Positions 47,157 to 57,656 of a DNA stretch of 64,000 bases are shown piece after piece. Each line of letters starts with the position of its first letter. The stretch's first letter is position 1. The notes beneath the pieces were generated by a model. The model worked only from the letters and a program-made list of their open reading frames with translations, made no database searches and had not been told where the DNA came from. The DNA lies in NCBI GenBank assembly GCA_024277725.1, contig JAJRUP010000097.1, positions 264 through 64,263 on the forward strand, given 5' to 3'. The stretch comes from a bacterium (GTDB taxonomy: Bacteria > CG2-30-53-67). The position numbers and the translations under genes were made by a program.

Positions 47157-49037
47157 ATGTGCGGCATTTGCGGGCGAGTTAATCACGACGAAAACCAAGC
47201 CGTCGATGAAGACTTGCTGAAACGAATGACGGCAACGATGGTTTACAGGGGCCCCGATGACCAGGGGTTCTTCCTTCATGGAAATGTCGGTCTGGGTCAT
47301 AGGCGGCTGAGTATTATCGATCTTGACTCGGGGCGACAGCCGATTTTCAATGAGGACAGTTCTGTCTGTGTTGTCTTCAATGGTGAAATCTACAATTACA
47401 AAGAGCTAAGACAGTCTTTGCTGGATAAGGGCCATGCCTTCAGGACCCATTCAGATACGGAGGTCCTGGTACATCTCTACGAAGAGGTTGGAGACATGTT
47501 CGTCCAACAATTGAGAGGAATGTTCTCCATTGCTCTTTGGGATGATCGAGGGAAAAAGCTTGTTCTCGCAAGAGACAGGGTCGGGAAGAAGCCTTTGTAC
47601 TATACCTATCTGGATGAGCAGTGTTTCCTCTTTGGCTCGGAGATCAAGGCGATCCTGGAAGATAAGGAAGTGAGCCGTCAGGTCGATCTCGAAGCACTTG
47701 ACAGTTATCTCAGCCTACTTTATGTGCCGGCTCCTTTGACGATGTTCAGAGGGATAAAAAAGCTGCCTGCCGGACATCTCCTTGTTTTTCAGAATGGCAA
47801 AGTCAATATTAAGAAATACTGGGATCTCCACTTTCAGGAAGACGGGGGGCATAGCGAGAATCATTATATTGAAAGGCTGAGAGAGGTTCTCTACGAAGCG
47901 GTAAGAATAAGGCTTCGCAGCAATGTTCCTTTGGGCGCTTTCTTGAGCGGGGGCATTGATTCAACGGTTGTGGTCTCTATCATGTCCGATCTCCTCGATA
48001 GGCCGGTTACAACATCATCTGTTGGTTTCGAGCTGGAAGGATATAACGAACTCCCCTATGCAAGAGAAGTGGCAGAACAGATTCGCAGCAACCATCGGGA
48101 ATTCACGGTGCAGCCCAATGTTGAGAGCCTAATCTCCGAACTTGTCTGGCACTTTGACGAACCTTTTGCGGATTCCTCTGCCATTCCGACCTATTACGTT
48201 TCTAAGACGACGAGAGAGGCGGTAAAAGTGGCCCTCTCCGGTGACGGTGGCGACGAGATTTTTGCAGGGTATTCCCGTTACTACGTCGACTCCCTGGAGC
48301 AATACCTGAGAAAGGGTTCCAGGTTTATCAAGCCTTATCTGCTTGGCCGTCTCGCAGGAGCGATGCCCGAATGGGTGAAAGGCAGGAATATGATCGGGCA
48401 TTTGGCGCTTGACCCCGCAGAGGCTTATGCCAGAAAACATTCCCACGATCTGTTTAGCCGGGAGGCCAAGAAGCTGCTTTATTCTGGTCCCGTCAGAGAA
48501 GAATTAGCTGATTTTGATGTCTATCAGATATTTAGGGACTATTACGAAGATAACGATGCCACGAATCCTCTGGACAGGGCGCTTTATGTAGATTTGAAGA
48601 CCTATCTTGTTGATGACATTCTGGTCAAAGTGGACAGGATGAGTATGGCAAATTCTCTGGAGGTCAGAGCTCCTCTGTTAGATCATCACGTTATTGAGTT
48701 TATGGCTACACTTCCCCCTTCTTTTAAGATACGTTTTGGGACGAGAAAATATATACTCAAAAAAACCATGTCTCATAAGTTTTCCCGGAGTCTTCTTGCG
48801 AGGAAGAAACACGGTTTTACGGTGCCGCTGGCGGAATGGCTGAGCCATGAACTGAGAGGGATGGTGGAATCCCATATCTTTGATCCCAATGCCCGGTGCA
48901 GAAGCTATTTTGATGTGGGTTATCTTTGGAAGATTTGGTCTGACCACCTCAATGGAGTCAGAGACCACAGTCATATGATCTGGATGGTTCTCATGCTTGA
49001 ATTGTGGCACAGAAGGTTCATTAATGGAGAACAGTAA
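47157..49037 (+). CDS. Asparagine synthase family amidotransferase, paralog 2
   Basis: MCGICG N-terminus; SGGIDST PP-loop. Confidence 0.9.
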   Translation: MCGICGRVNHDENQAVDEDLLKRMTATMVYRGPDDQGFFLHGNVGLGHRRLSIIDLDSGRQPIFNEDSSVCVVFNGEIYNYKELRQSLLDKGHAFRTHSDTEVLVHLYEEVGDMFVQQLRGMFSIALWDDRGKKLVLARDRVGKKPLYYTYLDEQCFLFGSEIKAILEDKEVSRQVDLEALDSYLSLLYVPAPLTMFRGIKKLPAGHLLVFQNGKVNIKKYWDLHFQEDGGHSENHYIERLREVLYEAVRIRLRSNVPLGAFLSGGIDSTVVVSIMSDLLDRPVTTSSVGFELEGYNELPYAREVAEQIRSNHREFTVQPNVESLISELVWHFDEPFADSSAIPTYYVSKTTREAVKVALSGDGGDEIFAGYSRYYVDSLEQYLRKGSRFIKPYLLGRLAGAMPEWVKGRNMIGHLALDPAEAYARKHSHDLFSREAKKLLYSGPVREELADFDVYQIFRDYYEDNDATNPLDRALYVDLKTYLVDDILVKVDRMSMANSLEVRAPLLDHHVIEFMATLPPSFKIRFGTRKYILKKTMSHKFSRSLLARKKHGFTVPLAEWLSHELRGMVESHIFDPNARCRSYFDVGYLWKIWSDHLNGVRDHSHMIWMVLMLELWHRRFINGEQ

Positions 49038-50088
49038 GCGGAAGATTCTTCTCGTTGGTCCTTATCCGCCCCCATATGGAGGCATATCGACTCAAATAGA
49101 GCGTCTCCGAAAATACATGGATCAGATGGGATCTGTTGATTGCCAGGTTATCAATGTGGGAAAGAACAGGCGAGAGAAAATTCCAGGGGTGCTTTCAGCA
49201 AGCACCTATGCGGATTTCATCTTTAAGCTAAGTCGTTTCTGTTTGAAGAAATATACCTGCCATCTGGTCACCAACGGCCACAACTTCAAGAGTTGGCTCA
49301 GTGCCTTCTGCTGCGCCTTGGTGGGGCTTCTGAACGGGAAAAAAACAGTTGTGACCTTTGGTTCAGGGCTGATGGGCGATTATATGGAAGGGGCAAATTC
49401 TTGGGTGAAGTGGCTCATTAGAAGGACCCTGAGTCTTTCTGGGGCTGTAGTCTGTCGAAACGAAAAAACAAAAAACATCCTTGAGGCCTTCGGTGTGGCG
49501 AGAGAAAAAGTGAGAATTATGTCAGGCTTCCTCGGTGTGGATCCTTCCCTCGTTGGTTCTCTCCCTCCCGGGGTTGCCGATTTTATCGCTACCCACAGGC
49601 CGATCATCGGTGCCCATGCAACGGACAGCGCCGAGTACGGGATACCGCTGCTGATAGAAGCGGTAAGAGAATTACGGAAAGGTTACAAGAGAATGGGCCT
49701 TGTTCTTGTCGGACTGGACGAGACAACCGGAAACATCGTTCAAAACGATTCTGTGCGAGAGAGTATTTTCCTTACTGGTGTTCTGCCTCACGGAGAAGCC
49801 CTGGCCGTGGTAAAATCCCTGGATCTCTTCGTGCGAGCGACCTACTTTGACGGAGATGCAAATTCGGTAAGGGAGGCACTTGCACTGAACATACCCGTTG
49901 TTGCAAGCGATACTGATTATCGCCCCGATGGAGTTGTCTTGTTTGAAAAGGGAAATGTCCATGATCTGGTTAAGCGAGTAGACCAGTGCCTCAAGGACAA
50001 GAGACCAAAACAAGCACCTGTCCAGAGCGGCAACGTTCCCAAGAATCTCGAGGTTCTGTTTCATCTCTACGATGAAGTTCCACTCTAA
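49024..50088 (+). CDS. GT-B fold glycosyltransferase (GT4-like)
   Basis: KILLVGPYPPPYGGIST N-terminus; C-terminal IPVVASDTDYRPDGVVLFEKGNVHDL. Confidence 0.55.
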   Translation: MENSKRKILLVGPYPPPYGGISTQIERLRKYMDQMGSVDCQVINVGKNRREKIPGVLSASTYADFIFKLSRFCLKKYTCHLVTNGHNFKSWLSAFCCALVGLLNGKKTVVTFGSGLMGDYMEGANSWVKWLIRRTLSLSGAVVCRNEKTKNILEAFGVAREKVRIMSGFLGVDPSLVGSLPPGVADFIATHRPIIGAHATDSAEYGIPLLIEAVRELRKGYKRMGLVLVGLDETTGNIVQNDSVRESIFLTGVLPHGEALAVVKSLDLFVRATYFDGDANSVREALALNIPVVASDTDYRPDGVVLFEKGNVHDLVKRVDQCLKDKRPKQAPVQSGNVPKNLEVLFHLYDEVPL

Positions 50089-50123
50089 CCGCCGAGGGGC
50101 CAAGGAAAAACAGAAGGGTCAGA

Positions 50124-52208
50124 GTGCCTGTTGGGGAAGACCGCATTGAGACCGCCGGAATCCAGATGAGGCAATGGTTGACTCACCGTAAACAGTCCGA
50201 GTTCTTTTTCCGAGGCAAGCAGTTTCTCTGGAATCTCACAGATCGACTGCGTGTCAATGCATGGAAGGCCATCCCTCGGGAAAGCAGAAGCCGGAAGACC
50301 GTCCCACAAGGCAATTCTTTCTTGAATCCTGAGATCCTGAAATTAATCAGAGAAAGATACGGCAACTTTCCCAGTTGGCGAAAGAAAAATCTTGCCAAAG
50401 GGACAAATGTCCTCGAACATCGATTTGACCTCCTTGGCAATGAGGGCCTCTCTTTTGGTTCCCGGAACGGCAAGATCGATTGGCACCTGGATCCCATTCA
50501 TAACATACAAGTCCCGCTTGTTTGGTGGCGGAAGATTGATCTGAGCGATCCTGAGGTTGTTGGGGACCCGAAGATTGTCTGGGAGTTCAACCGTCATCAG
50601 CACCTCGTCTCTCTCGCGAAGGCCTACGTCTTGACGGAAGAAGATTCGTACCGGCGGGAATTTATGGATCAGATAAGCTCCTGGTGTGATGCAAACCCTC
50701 CCAAGTACGGCATCAACTGGGCCAGCAGTCTGGAGCTGGCCTATCGGTCCATTGCCTGGATCTGGGTTGTCCAAATGTTTCATGCCGTCAAGCCCCTTCC
50801 GGAAGCGTTTCTCCACCTCTTCTGCAATTTTCTGAGTCTCCAGGCTGAGCACATCGAGCATAACCTTTCCGTCTATTACAGCCCCAATACCCACCTCACC
50901 GGTGAGGCATTGGGTCTTTTTTATATCGGAACCTTCTTCAAAGGGACAGGACCCGCCAGAGTCTGGACGGAGAAAGGCAAAGAAATCCTTCTGGAGTGCC
51001 TTTCAAAACATGTATTGTCGGACGGGGGATATATGGAGCGATCCCTCTGGTATCATAGATATTCGCTCGATATCTATCTCCATTTCCTCCTGCTGGCAAA
51101 GGCCAACGATATTGCCCTGCCGGGCGAGGTGGAAGAAAAAATCCTTCAACTGGGTGAATTCCTGGCCTACGCCTCCACTCCGGACAGGGGCTTCCCTCTC
51201 ATTGGTGACGACGACGGAGGAAGGCTCCTGCCTCTTGACAGCCTCGGAGGCAACGATCTTCGGGGGCTTTTTTCAACCCTGGCCGTTCTTTTCAGTCGGG
51301 GTGACTTTAAATACCTTTCAGAAGGTTATCAGGAGGAGACCCTGTGGCTTCTCGGGCCGGACAGTCAGGAGACCTACGACAGGGTAAAAGCGCAGCCGCC
51401 GTCCACGGTTTCCAGGGCCTTCAAAGAGACGGGCTATTTTTTTATGCGGAGCGGTTGGTCCCCGGAAGCCAATTATATGGCCTTTGATTGCGGGCCCCAT
51501 GGCTGGCTGAATTGCGGCCATGCCCACGCCGATCTTCTGAGTTTTCAGCTCTGCGCGGGCGGCAGCAGTATTGTGATTGATCCGGGGACCTACACCTATT
51601 CGGGCGGAATGAGGGATTATTTCCGGGGAGCAGATGCACACAGCACTCTGAAGGTCGACGGCTTCTATCCGGCGGCTCCCAGGGGACCGTTTCACTGGGC
51701 CGTGGTCCCCCGGCACGAGTTGATCGAGTGGTCTACAAGCGATGAATACGATTACGTTTCGGGCCGCCTGAAAGGAGACTTCGGGTGGGGGCACATCCGA
51801 GAGGTATTCTTCGTGAAACCCTCTATATTCTTCATTGTGGATACAGTGGGAGGGCAGGGCGAGAGAAAGGTCGAGATCAGGTTCCCTCTTTACGGTAAGA
51901 ATTGGAACATGGTTGAAAACCGATGTGTTACGAGGCCGAGCAACCCTCCTTGCACTATTGAAGTCTTCGCACCGGGAGACTCCCGGCTTAGCCTCATTGA
52001 TTCCTGGGTGTCCACATGCTATGGTCACAAAGAACCGTCTTTTACGCTGATGTTTAAAGAGAATCTTTTTCTACCCTGCAGGATCGGAAGCCTGATAAAC
52101 CTGTCTGGAGCGCCGCTTAGAGTGGAATTTGTTACTGTTCCTGAAGAAGGAAAGACCCATTTCAAGATCATTTCGAGGGAGACGGACTCGCCCATTTTTA
52201 TTTACTGA
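50124..52208 (+). CDS. Heparinase II/III-like (alginate-lyase-fold) family protein
   Basis: An alpha/alpha toroid-like N-domain (WEFNRHQHLVSLAKAY, NWASSLELAYRSIAWIW) and a beta-sandwich C-domain. Likely start at 50175. Confidence 0.5.
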   Translation: MPVGEDRIETAGIQMRQWLTHRKQSEFFFRGKQFLWNLTDRLRVNAWKAIPRESRSRKTVPQGNSFLNPEILKLIRERYGNFPSWRKKNLAKGTNVLEHRFDLLGNEGLSFGSRNGKIDWHLDPIHNIQVPLVWWRKIDLSDPEVVGDPKIVWEFNRHQHLVSLAKAYVLTEEDSYRREFMDQISSWCDANPPKYGINWASSLELAYRSIAWIWVVQMFHAVKPLPEAFLHLFCNFLSLQAEHIEHNLSVYYSPNTHLTGEALGLFYIGTFFKGTGPARVWTEKGKEILLECLSKHVLSDGGYMERSLWYHRYSLDIYLHFLLLAKANDIALPGEVEEKILQLGEFLAYASTPDRGFPLIGDDDGGRLLPLDSLGGNDLRGLFSTLAVLFSRGDFKYLSEGYQEETLWLLGPDSQETYDRVKAQPPSTVSRAFKETGYFFMRSGWSPEANYMAFDCGPHGWLNCGHAHADLLSFQLCAGGSSIVIDPGTYTYSGGMRDYFRGADAHSTLKVDGFYPAAPRGPFHWAVVPRHELIEWSTSDEYDYVSGRLKGDFGWGHIREVFFVKPSIFFIVDTVGGQGERKVEIRFPLYGKNWNMVENRCVTRPSNPPCTIEVFAPGDSRLSLIDSWVSTCYGHKEPSFTLMFKENLFLPCRIGSLINLSGAPLRVEFVTVPEEGKTHFKIISRETDSPIFIY

Positions 52209-52223
52209 CTAGGCGGATGACGC

Positions 52224-54116
52224 ATGTGCGGGATTTGCGGCATATTTCACTTTGAGAAGAGTCGGACGGCCGATGATGGACTCCTTGTGGCAATGAGGGA
52301 TCTGATGGTTCACCGCGGTCCGGACGATGCGGGCCATTATATTGACGGGCCCATCGGACTCGCGCACCGGAGATTGAGTATTATTGACCTTTCCACCGGA
52401 CACCAACCCATGTTCAATGAAGAAGGAACCGTTGCCATTGTCTATAATGGCGAAGTTTATAATTATATAGAGATCAAGAACGAGCTGATCAAGAAAGGAC
52501 ATAATTTCAGGACCCGTTCAGATACCGAAGTCATCATACACGCTTACGAAGAATTTGGTGAACAATGTGTCGAAAAGTTTAGAGGGATGTTTGCCTTCGC
52601 TCTCTGGGATAAGCGGAATGAAAAGGTTCTCATCGTCCTGGACAGGCTTGGTATTAAGCCACTTTTCTATACGGAGGTTGACGGGACGCTCGTTTTTGCC
52701 TCTGAGATCAAATCGATCCTTCTTTATCCGGGGATTGAGAGGGCGCTCGACTTCGAGAGCCTCGACCTGTACCTCAGTCTCAGGTATGTTCCAGGGCCCC
52801 TGACGATGTTTCATAACATCTTCAAGCTCCTTCCGGGTCATATGATGGTGGCAACTCCTGAGGGGACTGAAATCAGGAAGTACTGGGACGTTGAATTTAC
52901 CCCATCCGATACCGTTCTCGGAGAAACCCATCTGGAAGAGTTCCGTGAGATCCTTGAGGAGTCGATCCGGATACGCTTGAGAAGTGACGTTCCTCTTGGG
53001 GTCTTTCTGAGCGGAGGTGTTGACTCCAGTTCCGTGGTGGCCCTGATGAGTCAAATGGTTTCGGCACCGATCAAAACCTTTTCCGTAGGATATCCGGAAA
53101 AGATGGCAGATAATGAATTCGACTTTGCCCGCCGGGTCGCGGATCGCTTTCACACCGACCATCATGAATTCCGACTTTCCCCCGTTGATTTCCTCGACTT
53201 CATCCCGAAGCTGGTATGGCACCTGGACGAGCCCGTTGCCGATTCCTCCACCATTCCCCTCTATTATATTTCCAAGCTGGCCCGGGAGTTTGTCACCGTG
53301 ATTCTCTCCGGGGAAGGGGCGGACGAAATCCTTGCGGGGTATTACATCTATAAGAAAATGCTCGGAATTGAAAAACTGAGGAACCTACCGCTGTTCCCCC
53401 TGGTGGCCGGTTTGATGACTTTGGTCAGACCCCTCCTTAGACATCAGAAGCTTGCGAAGTACGCGGAACTCATCCGGCACCCAATTGAGGAGAGATATCT
53501 CGGTGTTTCCTCTGTGTTCTCCGATGGGGCGAAGAAAGACCTCTACGCGGCCAATGAAAACGGGCTTCGTGACCGAAGTGTCCATCAATTTCTTCAGCCC
53601 TACTACGAAAAAACGAGACACTGTGACTTGTTGAATAGAACGCTCTATCTCGACCTGAAGGTCTGGCTCCCGGACGATCTTCTCATGAAAGCCGATAAGA
53701 TGACCATGGCCACATCCATGGAGCTTAGAGTTCCCTTTCTCGACCATCGACTTGTCGAGTTTGCGGCGACATTGCCGACGGAAGGAAAACTTCAGAACGG
53801 TGAATCGAAATACATTTTGAAGAAACTGATGAGCGCCTATCTTCCGGAGTCCATCCTTTTTCGAAAAAAGAAGGGATTCCCGGTCCCGATCCAGCGATGG
53901 TTTCAGTCGGACCTGCAGAAAAATCTTAAAGAAACTCTCCTGGACAGCGGAAGCGCCTGTCTGAATTTTTTTAAGAGGGAGCAAATCAGCCGGCTCATAG
54001 CCCTTCACGAGGCGGGACGGGGGGACTACAGCGACCACCTGTGGACGCTTCTGGTCTTTGAATACTGGCACAAGATGTTTATCGAGGGAACCCTCACGGG
54101 AGGGGCCCATGCTTAG
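52224..54116 (+). CDS. Asparagine synthase family amidotransferase, paralog 3
   Basis: MCGICG N-terminus; SGGVDSS PP-loop. Confidence 0.9.
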   Translation: MCGICGIFHFEKSRTADDGLLVAMRDLMVHRGPDDAGHYIDGPIGLAHRRLSIIDLSTGHQPMFNEEGTVAIVYNGEVYNYIEIKNELIKKGHNFRTRSDTEVIIHAYEEFGEQCVEKFRGMFAFALWDKRNEKVLIVLDRLGIKPLFYTEVDGTLVFASEIKSILLYPGIERALDFESLDLYLSLRYVPGPLTMFHNIFKLLPGHMMVATPEGTEIRKYWDVEFTPSDTVLGETHLEEFREILEESIRIRLRSDVPLGVFLSGGVDSSSVVALMSQMVSAPIKTFSVGYPEKMADNEFDFARRVADRFHTDHHEFRLSPVDFLDFIPKLVWHLDEPVADSSTIPLYYISKLAREFVTVILSGEGADEILAGYYIYKKMLGIEKLRNLPLFPLVAGLMTLVRPLLRHQKLAKYAELIRHPIEERYLGVSSVFSDGAKKDLYAANENGLRDRSVHQFLQPYYEKTRHCDLLNRTLYLDLKVWLPDDLLMKADKMTMATSMELRVPFLDHRLVEFAATLPTEGKLQNGESKYILKKLMSAYLPESILFRKKKGFPVPIQRWFQSDLQKNLKETLLDSGSACLNFFKREQISRLIALHEAGRGDYSDHLWTLLVFEYWHKMFIEGTLTGGAHA

Positions 54117-55251
54117 AGGCCAGGACATCGTCTGTTTCGCCAATGACTGGCACAACGACCCCACGAGCAAGCATCAGGTCATGAAACTTCTTTCCAGAGA
54201 GAACCGGATTCTCTGGATCAACTCCATTGCCATGCGGAAGCCTTCGGCAACGGCTTCGGATCTCAAAAGGATCCTGAATAAACTCAAAGGCTGGAGCAAA
54301 GGCCTGGATCAGATTAACGAGAATCTTTTTGTGTTTACGCCGATCGTGCTGCCTCTGCCGTCCTCGCCAATGGCCAGGAAGATAAACGCCTGGCTCCTGA
54401 GACAGTCGATCCGCTACTATACCAGAAAACTCAACATGAATGATATCCAGCTCTGGACGTTTGTTCCGACCATGGTCGAATTGGCAGGCCAATTGAACGA
54501 GAAGAAGCTGATCTATTACTGTGTCGATGAGTGGTCGAAGTTCTCTTTTATGGATGGTAACTCTCTTCGGCAGATGGAAATTGACTTGATGAAAAAGGCG
54601 GACATTGTTTTTGTGACGGCCGATCACTTATTGAAGGACAAGATCCAGTTTAATCCCAACACCCACCTGATTGCACATGGTGTTGATCATGATCATTTTT
54701 CGAAGGCATTGTATCAGGGGATGGAGCTCCCGAAAGACGTTAGAGAGATCAAGAAACCGATCCTGGGTTTTTTCGGTCTAATCCATGAATGGATTGACCT
54801 GGAACTGATTGAATTTATTGCCAAAGCACGGCCGGATTGGTCCATCGTAATGATCGGCAAGGTCTCTGTGGATGACCGGGCAGTAAGGACTTTGAAAAAT
54901 GTCCATCTACTGGGCCAGAAGGCTTACGAAGCGCTTCCGGCTTACTGCAAGGCCTTTGACGTCGGGCTCATCCCTTTTGTGATCAATGACATGACGGTCA
55001 ATGTCAACCCGATCAAGCTCAGAGAGTATCTTTCAGCCGGCCTCCCGGTGGTTTCCACTGCCTTGCCGGAGGTTGAGAAATATCAGGACATTGTGGAGAT
55101 CGCGCAGACCGGTGATCAGTTCGTCACCAAGGTAGAGGCCGCCTTGAAGACGGACGGGAACGACGTCAAGATGGAACGATCAAAAAGAATGGAAAGCGAG
55201 ACTTGGGAGCAGAAAGTGGAGTTGCTCTCAAGCTACGTGATTGGAAATTAA
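54109..55251 (+). CDS. GT-B fold glycosyltransferase (GT4-like)
   Basis: C-terminal GT-B motif (REYLSAGLPVVSTALPEV). Start at MLRGQDIVCF, overlapping the asnB-3 stop. Confidence 0.55.
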   Translation: MLRGQDIVCFANDWHNDPTSKHQVMKLLSRENRILWINSIAMRKPSATASDLKRILNKLKGWSKGLDQINENLFVFTPIVLPLPSSPMARKINAWLLRQSIRYYTRKLNMNDIQLWTFVPTMVELAGQLNEKKLIYYCVDEWSKFSFMDGNSLRQMEIDLMKKADIVFVTADHLLKDKIQFNPNTHLIAHGVDHDHFSKALYQGMELPKDVREIKKPILGFFGLIHEWIDLELIEFIAKARPDWSIVMIGKVSVDDRAVRTLKNVHLLGQKAYEALPAYCKAFDVGLIPFVINDMTVNVNPIKLREYLSAGLPVVSTALPEVEKYQDIVEIAQTGDQFVTKVEAALKTDGNDVKMERSKRMESETWEQKVELLSSYVIGN

Positions 55252-55288
55252 GTATTCTATGGTTTTTCTGATTCTTCTCTTTGATGAC

Positions 55289-55412
55289 CTCGTAAAAAGT
55301 CGAAGAACGCCTTTTTACGAGGCGGGGGAGGGGAATCCTCCCCCGCCATTTGAAGTAAATTCAAATGGTTCCACCCCCACCCCAGGCCGAGGCTTACCCG
55401 CCTTCGGCCTGT
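55289..55412. repeat. Cluster of four perfect palindromes/hairpins in a 125-bp intergenic stretch
   Basis: CCTCGTAAAAAG..CTTTTTACGAGG (55289-55322); GCGGGGGAGG-ggaat-CCTCCCCCGC (55323-55347); CATTTGAA-gtaaa-TTCAAATG (55348-55368); CAGGCCGAGGC..GCCTTCGGCCTG (55383-55412). Confidence 0.6.
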
Positions 55413-55446
55413 TGATGACTTCTTACGAAGCCATCCTCTTTGGATC

Positions 55447-56037
55447 ATGAAGAAACGAATATTCCTGATAGCCCTTTTCGGAGTCCTTGTAGCATTGTTC
55501 CTTTTGCGTCGTCCCCTCTTGACGGCGATCGCTGAGTTTCTCATTGTGCCCGATCGGCCTCGAAAGGCGGATGTGATTATAGTACTCAGCGGTGATGCTT
55601 CTGGGGGGAGAGTTGTCAAGGGTGTAGAATTATTTAAGAAAGGTTATGCAAAAAAAATTATTATGAGTGGAGGAAAACTCCAATGGAATACCTACGAGCC
55701 TGAAATTATGAAAAACCATGCGATTCATTTAGGTATGGCAGAAGGGAATATTGTTATTATAACCCAAGGAGGTTCCACGAATAATCAGGCAACGAAACTC
55801 ACGCTTTTTATGCAAGAACATGGTCTAAGGTCTGCCTTACTGGTTACGTCTGACTTCCATTCGAGAAGAGCAAGATACATATTCAAAAAAAAATTCTTGA
55901 AGGAAGGACTAGATCTCCAGATATGTACGTCGCATTCAAAAGAATTTAATCCATCAGAATGGTGGACAAATACGAATAGTGCCGAAACTGTTTTCTACGA
56001 GTACACAAAATTAATCTGGTATCTCTTGCGCTATTGA
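55447..56037 (+). CDS. DUF218 (YdcF/ElyC/SanA-like) domain protein
   Basis: ADVIIVLSGDASGGRVVKGVELFKKGYAKKIIMSGG. Confidence 0.7.
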   Translation: MKKRIFLIALFGVLVALFLLRRPLLTAIAEFLIVPDRPRKADVIIVLSGDASGGRVVKGVELFKKGYAKKIIMSGGKLQWNTYEPEIMKNHAIHLGMAEGNIVIITQGGSTNNQATKLTLFMQEHGLRSALLVTSDFHSRRARYIFKKKFLKEGLDLQICTSHSKEFNPSEWWTNTNSAETVFYEYTKLIWYLLRY

Positions 56038-56185
56038 GTGATGCAACCGGCCATGGACTAGTGGAACAGAAAAACCCCGCCGGGCAAAAGACTTAATGCT
56101 CCAAACAGACTCTTACGCTGGATCCAGAGCCTTTCTTCTAGATTGAAGGTCTGGACAGCAGGAGTCTATAATAACCGGCTTGGCC

Positions 56186-57556
56186 TCAAGGATTGACCGT
56201 AGGTGGCGCAAGCCACGGTGTTGCAGGAGCCATAGCATCCCCTGAGCCTCCGCCTGCCCCCGGCACTTTAAGGATAAAAACGTCGTGTCTGTTGCCGGTT
56301 TGGTGCTCCCAATCACTAGTGAACATCACGAACTTCCCATCAAAGCTCACGTTTCCCTGTGGGTATTCCCAATAGTTATCGGCATTGCTACGGTGGTGTG
56401 CCAGGCGTTGAACGTGCGTGGTATTTTTGTCTGTCCATACTTTCATAATTTCTCCTTGCCACGGACCATTCACTACTTGGCCTCCAATCAGAAAAGTAGT
56501 GACAATGATAGAAGATTAATCTGTGGGAAAAGCACTTGTATATCCTTCCTGTGCTGATCCTCCACCAGTTGGAGGAAGCATCATATAGTACCAATTTGTG
56601 TCAGCGTTGCTGGTTAAATCCCTTGCAATGACATGCCGAGTATCTCCGTTATATGCGTCAACTTGGTATAATTTCCCATCTCCTATAGCCCTGTGACCTA
56701 CCCCCCTGTCAGTAGCGTCATAATCTATTCTCGTTATCGTATTTGTAGCGAACTTCCATAGATACCAAGGCGAACCCGCACCCTGGGCCGCAAGAACGTA
56801 TTTCCCAGACTTATCAATCATTATGGCATGAAGAGAGCTGAACCCTTGCGCGGCGAAGTCGTGCGTCCACGTTTTGTCTGTAGAACGTTGATAGACCTTA
56901 GCTACAGTAGTATTGCCGGCAGGGCCATCAAGAAAGGCAAAATAGTCGTTGTCGGCGCTCATGGTCATGTAGTCCATCCAGGAGCCGAACGCCTTTATCA
57001 GTGTCCATGTATTATTGCTTGGGCTATAAGGAGCGCTTAGGTCAAGATCGACTTGATATAAGTTGGTTGAATTACTGCCATACCCAAACCCATAAATTCT
57101 GTTGGGATGATCAGACCCTCTATGCCATTGCATCGTATCATCTTGTAAGCCTGTCCCTCCGCCCCACATGGAAGTTTGTGCGGCATTCAAACGTTGAATA
57201 GCAAGAGTAGTAGGGTTAAATGTATACAGCGATACGGCAGCCGGAGAAGATGAATTGTATTTTATCCAGAACGCTGTCGAATTCCAGTTGAAAGCAGGCC
57301 AAAAAGACGCATATAAATGACAGTTGTCATTTCCATCATTCTGGTCTGTGACTCTTAAGATTGTCGTACCGAATGTGGGATCGGTAAAGGTTTTTCCCGC
57401 AGCCGGTAACGTTGGCAAGGACGGTGGAGGGCAGACCTTCGTGCTGTTCAGTGCCGCACATCCAGGATCCAGGGCAATGGCGGGCCCCGGCTCGCCAAGG
57501 AAGAAAGAAAAGACGAATAAGGAACTCATCAATAATCTGCTTGCGATCTTTCTCAT
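56186..57556 (-). CDS. Secreted beta-propeller protein (oligogalacturonide-lyase-like family), interrupted by an in-frame TAA at 56516-56518
   Basis: Signal peptide MRKIASRLLMSSLFVFSFFLG, with a GGAGG RBS before this Met. ORFs 56516-57589 and 56186-56473 are in the same frame, separated by a single TAA. The downstream segment continues the propeller-like sequence (NADNYWEYPQGNVSFDGKFVMFTSDWEH). Confidence 0.55.
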
Positions 57557-57656
57557 TATCAAATACCTCCAAAACTTGATGCTATGCATTAATTTCCAGA
57601 TAGCCTTCTCAAGAAGTGAGTCGGTATTAGCTTCTGGCTATTCATCCTGATCCCAA

